Below, piece after piece: positions 26,673 through 32,000 of a stretch of DNA of 32,000 bases. Below the pieces are notes generated by a model that saw nothing but the letters and a program-made list of their open reading frames with translations, was not told the origin of the DNA and made no database searches. This stretch comes from Arthrobacter phage Lakshmi: the sequence record OR159660.1; one strand, 5' to 3'. Positions within the stretch are counted from its first letter, which is position 1. Each line of letters starts with the position of its first letter. The position numbers and the translations under genes were made by a program.

Positions 26673-27580
26673 CCAAGACACTATACCTCGCCTACCCGAT
26701 AGACTTCTCAGGCGGGCACTCGGTCACGGCCCAGATCGCGGAGACCGTCGCGTGGGCCAAGAAAGCCGTCCTCTCGGAGTCCGGAGTACTCGCATACGAT
26801 CCGGGTGCCGCGTGGACTGTGGGAGGCCGGAGGAAGGTCACTCCGGAGCTGCAGAAGATCAATCAGGCCGCGATCCAGCAGTCCGATGCGATGCTGGCCT
26901 ACGCTCCAGCTAGGGTGAAGTCCTGGGGTGTACCGGCTGAGGTCGAGCGAGCAGCGCTCCGAGGGATGAACGTCGCGATTGTTACGGACGGCGAGCCTTC
27001 GTGGGCAATGCCGGTCGGACCCAACATCGCCGTGTTCCAGACCCTGAGCGGCTGGCAAAATGCGACGGTTGAGGCGCTGAGTTGGCTGGCCGACCAGAAG
27101 CTGCCCGCGTTCACCAAGGGCAACCCTGACCGCGAGCGCAAGACACTCAAGTTCGCTGCAGTCAACGAGCCGTCCGAGGTCCCGGTCCAGTTGCCTACCC
27201 GCGCCTACAGTGACGACGCCGGGTTGGACCTGTTCGTAACCGAGTCGCTCTGGGTCCCGGCCCACGGGTTCGTGGACATCAGGACCCATCTCAAGGTTGA
27301 ATTGCCTCACTGGAGCTGGGGCTTCCTCGTCGGACGGTCCTCGACCCTGCGCAAGAAGGGGCTGCTCGTGAACCCCGGGATCATCGACGCCGGGTACCGG
27401 GGGGAGCTGTTCTCCGGGGTCCAGAACATGACCGGGAAGCCGGTCTGGGTGGAAGCCGGGGAGCGGATCGCACAGCTTATCGTGATCGGCAACGGCACCA
27501 AGCAGATCGAGCCGGTGATGGTACCGGAGCTGGGTACCCACGCTAGGGGTAAGAACGGCTTCGGGTCCTCCGGAGTCTAA
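26669..27580 (+). CDS. Fusion: nucleoside 2-deoxyribosyltransferase-like N-terminus + dUTPase C-terminus
   Basis: N-term LYLAYPIDF…INQAAIQQSDAMLAYAPARVKSWGVPAEVERAALRGMNVAIV. C-term has dUTPase motifs YSDDAGLDLF, GRSSTLRKKG, NPGIIDAGYRGEL, AGERIAQLIV, RGKNGFGSSG. Confidence 0.85.
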   Translation: MTKTLYLAYPIDFSGGHSVTAQIAETVAWAKKAVLSESGVLAYDPGAAWTVGGRRKVTPELQKINQAAIQQSDAMLAYAPARVKSWGVPAEVERAALRGMNVAIVTDGEPSWAMPVGPNIAVFQTLSGWQNATVEALSWLADQKLPAFTKGNPDRERKTLKFAAVNEPSEVPVQLPTRAYSDDAGLDLFVTESLWVPAHGFVDIRTHLKVELPHWSWGFLVGRSSTLRKKGLLVNPGIIDAGYRGELFSGVQNMTGKPVWVEAGERIAQLIVIGNGTKQIEPVMVPELGTHARGKNGFGSSGV

Positions 27581-27587
27581 ATACAGC

Positions 27588-27622
27588 GAGACCCCCGGTC
27601 CTTTCGGATCGGGGGTCTCTTT
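27588..27622 (+). terminator. Terminator between convergent operons
   Basis: GAGACCCCCG-N12-CGGGGGTCTC then TTT; perfect 10-bp stem. Confidence 0.75.
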
Positions 27623-27631
27623 GTGTCCGAG

Positions 27632-27889
27632 CTATTCGAACATCAGGGCCTCGGTCGTGTCGTCCACGATCACGAGGTTCTCGCCGTGGGCCGCACGCTC
27701 CGGGAGGAACGCGATCCAGTTGGTCTGGTCGTTCTCGTCGTTCCACATCTTGTACCAAACCCGGTCGGACCGGAAGTCGAAGAAGACCTCGCCCGTCAGG
27801 GAGAGCGACGGGTCCAGATCCTGGAGTTCGGTGGAGATGTCGTTCATGACGGACTTGATGTTCGCGAGGGTCTCGGTCTTGATGTTCAT
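27632..27889 (-). CDS. Small hypothetical protein of minus-strand island
   Basis: 85 aa ORF, AAGGAGCCAGAAATG start context, own promoter upstream. Confidence 0.65.
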   Translation of the reverse strand: MNIKTETLANIKSVMNDISTELQDLDPSLSLTGEVFFDFRSDRVWYKMWNDENDQTNWIAFLPERAAHGENLVIVDDTTEALMFE

Positions 27890-27950
27890 TTCTGGCTCCT
27901 TACTGGAGGGCTGGCTTGTCCTGCCCTCTAAATTAAATTTTACACTATCC

Positions 27951-27965
27951 TTGCCCTCGTGTCAA
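27951..27965 (-). promoter_or_regulatory. -35 with overlapping motif (minus strand TTGACACGAGGGCAA; -10 TAAAAT)
   Basis: Minus strand TTGACA-N17-TAAAAT. Confidence 0.55.
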
Positions 27966-28010
27966 ACCGGGGTACAGGTCGGCCCCGGACTTTCGCCCGG
28001 GGCCTCGCTG

Positions 28011-28244
28011 CTAGTCGCCCAGCTTATCCAAGTCGCGCTTCCTCGGAGTGTTGTAGCAGATCGTCCGGATCAAGGCGACCGAGACTCCCCACTCCGAGGC
28101 GATCAGGCTGGTCGGCACGCCGTCCGCGAACTCCTCCCGGATCTTCGCCATGGCCGCGTCCTGCAGCTTCCGCCGACGACCCACGGCATCGTAGAAGAAC
28201 TCCGCCTTGTAGGTGGCGGGCTTGCTGTTCTTGCGCTTGTTCAA
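28011..28244 (-). CDS. Small HTH-like DNA-binding protein (TTG start)
   Basis: AAMAKIREEFADGVPTSLIASEWGVSVALIRTICYN helix-turn-helix-like; AAGGAGCCAACC RBS. Confidence 0.6.
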   Translation of the reverse strand: MNKRKNSKPATYKAEFFYDAVGRRRKLQDAAMAKIREEFADGVPTSLIASEWGVSVALIRTICYNTPRKRDLDKLGD

Positions 28245-28305
28245 GGTTGGCTCCTTATCGAACTGGACCGGCCCTTCCGGCCCATAATTTAATTAAATCA
28301 TATCC

Positions 28306-28320
28306 GTGACCGTGAGTCAA
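28306..28320 (-). promoter_or_regulatory. -35 with overlapping motif (minus strand TTGACTCACGGTCAC; -10 TTTAAT)
   Basis: Minus strand TTGACT-N17-TTTAAT. Confidence 0.55.
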
Positions 28321-28368
28321 ACCGGACATACAGGAGGACCCCGGCTGTTACGCCGGGGTCCGTGGGTG

Positions 28369-28998
28369 TTACGCTTCGATCTGGATCCACTTACCGGAGC
28401 CGTCGCGCTTCTCGTTGCGCTCGGTCACGGTCTGGACTCCCTTGACTCCGATGAAGCCCTGACGGCTGGTGCGGGTCGGGTACTCCCAGCGTCCGATCTT
28501 CACGGTGCCGTAGGTGTAGATGTGCTTGTCGGCCTCGTCGAACATCGGCTCCGGGACCTTCGCGGCCTCTTCCTCGGCGTGCGCGGCCTCCTCGGCGGCT
28601 ACGACCTCCGAGATCTTCGCTGCGGGCTTCGCGGGGGCCTTCCGGTCCTCGGGGATGGAGGTCCTGGCCTCGCGGGCCTTGGCTGCGCGTTCGGCTTTCT
28701 GGCCCTCCTTGGCGACCAGACGAGCGGCCATCATCTTGGCCTTGTGCTGGAGGTTCGCGGTCGGCAGGGCCTCCAGCTTGTCGGCGTTCTTGGCGTCGTC
28801 GTAATCCGCTGCCATTGCCCGGGCGACGTTGCCAGCGTGGCGGGCGTCGTGTCCCGGCTTGTACATCGTCTTGGCCGAGCTTGTGGCCTCGCCGCAACCG
28901 CAGGTGCAGTGGCGGGTGGTGACGGCCTTGGTGGTGGTGTTCTGGGTCTCGGTCATTTTTGGCTCCTTCATTGACGGGGCCGGTCCTTCCGGCCTCAT
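28369..28998 (-). CDS. Protein with CxCGCG…PGHDxxH module
   Basis: CTCGCGEATSSAKTMYKPGHDARH near N-terminus, charged Ala-rich middle, and a C-terminal segment TYGTVKIGRWEYPTRTSRQGFI. Confidence 0.7.
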   Translation of the reverse strand: MRPEGPAPSMKEPKMTETQNTTTKAVTTRHCTCGCGEATSSAKTMYKPGHDARHAGNVARAMAADYDDAKNADKLEALPTANLQHKAKMMAARLVAKEGQKAERAAKAREARTSIPEDRKAPAKPAAKISEVVAAEEAAHAEEEAAKVPEPMFDEADKHIYTYGTVKIGRWEYPTRTSRQGFIGVKGVQTVTERNEKRDGSGKWIQIEA

Positions 28999-29018
28999 AT
29001 TTCTATTAAAACATATCC

Positions 29019-29033
29019 TTGACTATGTGTCAA
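29019..29033 (-). promoter_or_regulatory. -35 with overlapping perfect motif (minus strand TTGACACATAGTCAA; -10 TTTAAT)
   Basis: Perfect TTGAC-N5-GTCAA. Confidence 0.6.
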
Positions 29034-29119
29034 GTTGGTGGGGCCGGGGAGTGTCGAACTCCTACGACTGGCCATATCCAGCCGGTCCCAGTGGGGGTCC
29101 CGGAGGACCCCCGGGGAGG

Positions 29120-29665
29120 CTACTTGGTGGAGGCCTTCACGAACTTCGCGAAGAGGCGGGTGGAGAGCTGGGCAACCTCGGCGGGCTGCTTGCCGGTGGC
29201 CTTGGTCTCGGCGACGAGGCGGGAGACGTGCTTGGCGTCGTGGCCGGGACGGTAGGTGGCCTTCTTGCCCTGAACCTGAGTGCCGCAACCGCACTTGCAG
29301 TCGTTGCCCGCTGCGACCTGAGCGGTCGGGGCCTTGCGTTCGGTGGCGGGCTTGGCCTCTTCGACGATCTCCATCTTGTCAGCGAACTGGAGGGCCAGGG
29401 CTGCGGTTGCACCCTTGGCGGTGAGAGCTACCCAGTAGTCCTCGTCGTCGCGGGTCTTGGTGAGGTGGCCGGTCTGTACGAGCTTGGTGATTGCTCGGGC
29501 TGCGAGGTTGGCCGATACGGGGGTCTCGTCGCGGAGAGCGTCGTACCAGATACCTGCACCCTCGACGATTCCCTCGTCGAAGAAGCTGTAGCTTCCGGCA
29601 CCGATTCCGGCGAGGATGTTGTTTGCGGCCTTGGCGGTGTTGCTGAGGGTCTGGGTCTTTGCCAT
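29120..29665 (-). CDS. Protein with C-terminal CxCGCG…PGHDxxH module
   Basis: CKCGCGTQVQGKKATYRPGHDAKH; N-terminal part AANLAARAITKLVQTGHLTKTRDDEDYWVALTAKGA resembles a winged-helix. Confidence 0.7.
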   Translation of the reverse strand: MAKTQTLSNTAKAANNILAGIGAGSYSFFDEGIVEGAGIWYDALRDETPVSANLAARAITKLVQTGHLTKTRDDEDYWVALTAKGATAALALQFADKMEIVEEAKPATERKAPTAQVAAGNDCKCGCGTQVQGKKATYRPGHDAKHVSRLVAETKATGKQPAEVAQLSTRLFAKFVKASTK

Positions 29666-29729
29666 TTTCGGCTCCTTCGATCTTGTGGGGTTCCGGGTGA
29701 ACCTCTAAGAACTACTTTACCATAACCTT

Positions 29730-29744
29730 GCCCTTGAGTCAAGT
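29730..29744 (-). promoter_or_regulatory. -35 with overlapping motif (minus strand TTGACTCAAGGGCAA; -10 TAAAGT)
   Basis: Minus strand TTGACT-N17-TAAAGT. Confidence 0.55.
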
Positions 29745-29768
29745 AGACCCCAAGGGCAAGATTTCAGG

Positions 29769-30122
29769 TTACTTTGAGTTACGGTCACGCGGGGCCTCGA
29801 ATGGCTGGATATTGAGTTCTACCAGTCGGTCCCGGAGTCGGCCCCTGCCGTAGTTCACAATGGCGTTGTAGAGGCGGTCCTGCAGAGCCGCTGAGGGCAA
29901 CAGGATGAAGGCGTCCGAGATCTGGGTCTGGAACTCCTTGGGCTTGGTCTTGCCGTGCTCCACACCATCGATACCGTTTAGGATCTCGATCAGGAGGTGG
30001 GATATGTGCTTGCTGTCATGCCCGGGCCGGTAGACGCTCCGGTAGCTGGCGGTGGCTTCCCCACAACCGCAGCGGCAAAGCGTGGATATTGGACCCGTGG
30101 TGGGTGCTGGAAAATCAACCAT
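29769..30122 (-). CDS. Protein with N-terminal CxCGCG…PGHDxxH module
   Basis: CRCGCGEATASYRSVYRPGHDSKH. Confidence 0.7.
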   Translation of the reverse strand: MVDFPAPTTGPISTLCRCGCGEATASYRSVYRPGHDSKHISHLLIEILNGIDGVEHGKTKPKEFQTQISDAFILLPSAALQDRLYNAIVNYGRGRLRDRLVELNIQPFEAPRDRNSK

Positions 30123-30177
30123 GCTGTTAGCTCCTTATTCGACTGAGACCGAATTTGGTAGGACCCCTTGCCCTCCT

Positions 30178-30207
30178 AGTATAAGCCCCGGTTTGCCCGC
30201 CTGTCAA
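30178..30207 (-). promoter_or_regulatory. Promoter (minus strand TTGACA-N18-TATACT) with overlapping motif
   Basis: AGTATA at 30178-30183 and TGTCAA at 30202-30207; motif TTGACAGGCGGGCAA. Confidence 0.7.
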
Positions 30208-30228
30208 GATATGTGAGTAGAGGCCAGC

Positions 30229-30258
30229 TGGACACATAGTCAAATATGGTGGTAGAGT
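30229..30258 (+). promoter_or_regulatory. Divergent promoter (TGGACA-N18-TAGAGT) with overlapping motif
   Basis: TGGACACATAGTCAA at 30229-30243; TAGAGT at 30253-30258. Confidence 0.6.
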
Positions 30259-30266
30259 GGTCTCCA

Positions 30267-30361
30267 GACCCAGCCGGGGTGGCTCCTTACGGCTCGGGTC
30301 CTAGGAGGCCCGGAGAAGCTAACACCGTTCGGCAAGAACGGCAGTTCAGACTCCGGGCCTC
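30267..30361 (+). ncRNA. Structured 5' leader RNA candidate (two hairpin domains)
   Basis: Domain I GACCCaGCCG/CGGCtcGGGTC (30267-30300). Domain II outer 11-bp GAGGCCCGGAG/CTCCGGGCCTC (30305-30361) enclosing CCGTTC-GGCAA-GAACGG (30325-30341). Confidence 0.55.
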
Positions 30362-30392
30362 TACTAGTACCAAGGGGCCGGATAGGGAGCCA

Positions 30393-30605
30393 ATGCGCAG
30401 GATAGAAGTAGTGACCATCGTCCGGGTGACCGACGAAAACGACCGGCTTGATGGGTTCAAGGTCGGAGGCGAGTACATACTGGCCACAAACGGAGTATCC
30501 GAGGAGCAGGTCAATTCACGTATACAGCAGGTCGTCAGTCGAATTGTAGGGCAGTCGGATCCACTTATCACGCTTGAGCTGAAATCGAAGTACCCGACCT
30601 CATGA
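30393..30605 (+). CDS. Small hypothetical protein
   Basis: 70 aa from ATG 30393 with agggagcc RBS; ends overlapping the next ATG. Confidence 0.65.
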   Translation: MRRIEVVTIVRVTDENDRLDGFKVGGEYILATNGVSEEQVNSRIQQVVSRIVGQSDPLITLELKSKYPTS

Positions 30606-31366
30606 TCGAGACCAAGCCCTGCATCAACGAGGACGGCCAAGCCGAACCCGGGTTCCTGCTCTGTACCATCTGCTCGTACCGGCTGTGGCAGGAACTGCAC
30701 TGGTTGGCCGACGTATACGAACCTCTGTTTGAGGCCCTCACCCGGAGGATGAACATTGAAGAAAAAGCGGAACAAGTCAAAGTCCAAGGGGCGAAAGACC
30801 CTATGGTTACGGGTATCGCCCTCAATGACGACGCCGCCAAAGTCCGGCACGATATACGCGGAATCGCTTATGCGGGCCGGGGGTGGATTGGCCTACTCAA
30901 TGGCGGTACAGCTAGGGGACCCGGACGAAAGACCGTCCCCTACGAACTCAGGTACCTCGCCCGCAACTTCGACCAGCTAGACCGGGACCCGACCGGGGAA
31001 GATAAGATGCGGCACTGGGGAGCCAGAATCATCGCCGCAAGGCAAGCTGCAGAGAAACTGATCACCCCAGATCCACTCAACTCGGCCTACTTCTACCGGG
31101 TGGAGAACCTGTCCTGCTCGGTCCAGATCGGGGACGAGGGACAGGCCATGGAGTGTGGCGGTTCCCTCGGAGTGTGGATGGTATCGGGCCGGATGCTGGA
31201 CCGGGACTTTAGCTGCAACCTAAACCCGACCCACATCACGACCCGGGAGAAAGCGATCCTCGACGCACACAAGCGGGCGACTCAGGTCAAAGCCGCAACC
31301 AACCTAATCCGCGCAATCTTGGGCAAAGGGGCCAAAGATGGTAACTCACCTAATCCAGTGCAGTGA
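30602..31366 (+). CDS. Hypothetical protein
   Basis: 254 aa ORF overlapping the previous stop; N-terminal CTICSYR. Confidence 0.65.
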   Translation: MIETKPCINEDGQAEPGFLLCTICSYRLWQELHWLADVYEPLFEALTRRMNIEEKAEQVKVQGAKDPMVTGIALNDDAAKVRHDIRGIAYAGRGWIGLLNGGTARGPGRKTVPYELRYLARNFDQLDRDPTGEDKMRHWGARIIAARQAAEKLITPDPLNSAYFYRVENLSCSVQIGDEGQAMECGGSLGVWMVSGRMLDRDFSCNLNPTHITTREKAILDAHKRATQVKAATNLIRAILGKGAKDGNSPNPVQ

Positions 31367-31408
31367 ATGTGGCAACTGCGACGAGCGAGATCAACCAACA
31401 GAGGAGAT

Positions 31409-31582
31409 ATGGACATGCAAGCGACACCAGAAGTAAAAACCCGACCAGTCCTGCCGCACACGTTCGGTAGGACCAACATCTCGGGCATGAACCGGGCCGA
31501 GAAGCGGGAGTTCCTAAGATCCTTGCGCAAGAAGGGCCGACCGTACAAGGTCCAGCCCAAAAGGACCAAGGGTAAGGGGTAG
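31409..31582 (+). CDS. Small basic hypothetical protein
   Basis: gaggag RBS before ATG 31409; C-term RSLRKKGRPYKVQPKRTKGKG. Confidence 0.5.
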   Translation: MDMQATPEVKTRPVLPHTFGRTNISGMNRAEKREFLRSLRKKGRPYKVQPKRTKGKG

Positions 31583-31653
31583 GAGACCCAGGGTATGGGG
31601 TGGGGTTCGTCGGGTATACCGCCCATGTGACGAACCCCACATATACCCAATAC

Positions 31654-31683
31654 TTGACACCCAGTATACTTGACAAATAGAAT
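31654..31683 (+). promoter_or_regulatory. Promoter TTGACA-N18-TAGAAT upstream of HNH gene
   Basis: Consensus -35 and near-consensus -10 with 18-bp spacing. Confidence 0.65.
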
Positions 31684-31739
31684 AGTAGAGTTGGTTTCGT
31701 TTAATTGAACGGGACCAACAGTCGTATGGAGGTCAGGCC

Positions 31740-32000
31740 ATGGCGGTGGACGAGTGGGTAAATAACTCAGGCCGTAGGCGCAAGATCGCAAAGGAGATGT
31801 TGCCCAAAGGGGTGACGGTCCGATGCTGGATCTGCAAGCAGCCCGGTGCAAACCAACTGGACCACATCAAGCCACGGTCCAAGTACCCAGAGCTGATCTG
31901 GGACCGCTCCAACATCGTCCCAGCGCACGACACTTGCAACAACTTGAAGAGCGACGGGGATGGACCCGGGGGACTGGGATTCCATTCCGAGGTATGGTGA
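31740..32000 (+). CDS. HNH endonuclease
   Basis: CWICKQPGANQLDHIKPRSKYPELIWDRSNIVPAHDTCNNLKS: HNH pattern with the C-x2-C Cys pair (zinc-type). Confidence 0.88.
   Translation: MAVDEWVNNSGRRRKIAKEMLPKGVTVRCWICKQPGANQLDHIKPRSKYPELIWDRSNIVPAHDTCNNLKSDGDGPGGLGFHSEVW

Noticed and set aside
28306-29725. Plus-strand ORFs 28306-28974 and 28829-29725
   Set aside because: They are antisense to minus-strand genes that have promoters, RBSs and a shared Cys/His module; their compositions are Leu/Gly-rich shadow-like.
30246-30392. N-terminal extension of the ORF ending at 30605
   Set aside because: Would overlap the promoter and the structured leader; ATG 30393 has a matching agggagcc RBS.
1-32000. CRISPR arrays, tRNA genes, integrase or transposase
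   Set aside because: No regularly spaced direct repeats with spacers were seen, no convincing cloverleaf plus GTTCRANYC pattern was recognised, and no recombinase signature (integrase, DDE) was seen. I cannot run a tRNA search, so a divergent tRNA could be missed.

Overview
The window is a high-GC siphovirus-type phage segment, most likely from a phage of an actinobacterium. It runs from the tail genes (frameshifted tail assembly chaperones, tape measure, minor tail proteins) through lysis (amidase endolysin, holin-like membrane proteins) into early and replication genes: SNF2-like helicase, RuvC-like nuclease, PD-(D/E)XK nuclease, Sak4-like ATPase, putative ssDNA-binding protein, primase-polymerase/helicase, PolA-family DNA polymerase, and a terminal HNH gene. 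The strongest biology is a polA - purZ-like - dATP/dGTP diphosphohydrolase-like - (deoxyribosyltransferase-like + dUTPase) cluster at 22.4-27.6 kb. Its succinyl-transfer enzyme has GSEAKG where PurA has GDEGKG, the hallmark of PurZ, so the genome probably contains 2-aminoadenine (Z) in place of adenine. Less expected signals: (1) a perfect 16-bp ParB parS palindrome TGTTTCACGTGAAACA just upstream of purZ, plus a 14-bp core copy overlapping the start of the RuvC-like gene, with no ParA/ParB seen here; (2) an 11-copy motif TTGAC-N5-GtCAA overlapping -35 elements on both strands, a candidate operator; (3) a cluster of about 11 GTTACAG/CTGTAAC-type repeats in the roughly 377-bp gap before the polymerase operon, a candidate origin or control region; (4) a five-gene minus-strand island whose members each have their own promoter and a leader hairpin; (5) a CxCGCG...PGHDxxH putative metal-binding module shared by four proteins; (6) a two-domain structured 5' leader RNA at about 30267-30361; and (7) a promoter-terminator pair that could make a roughly 65-nt RNA after the late genes. 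All family assignments come from reading motifs; no database search was run.
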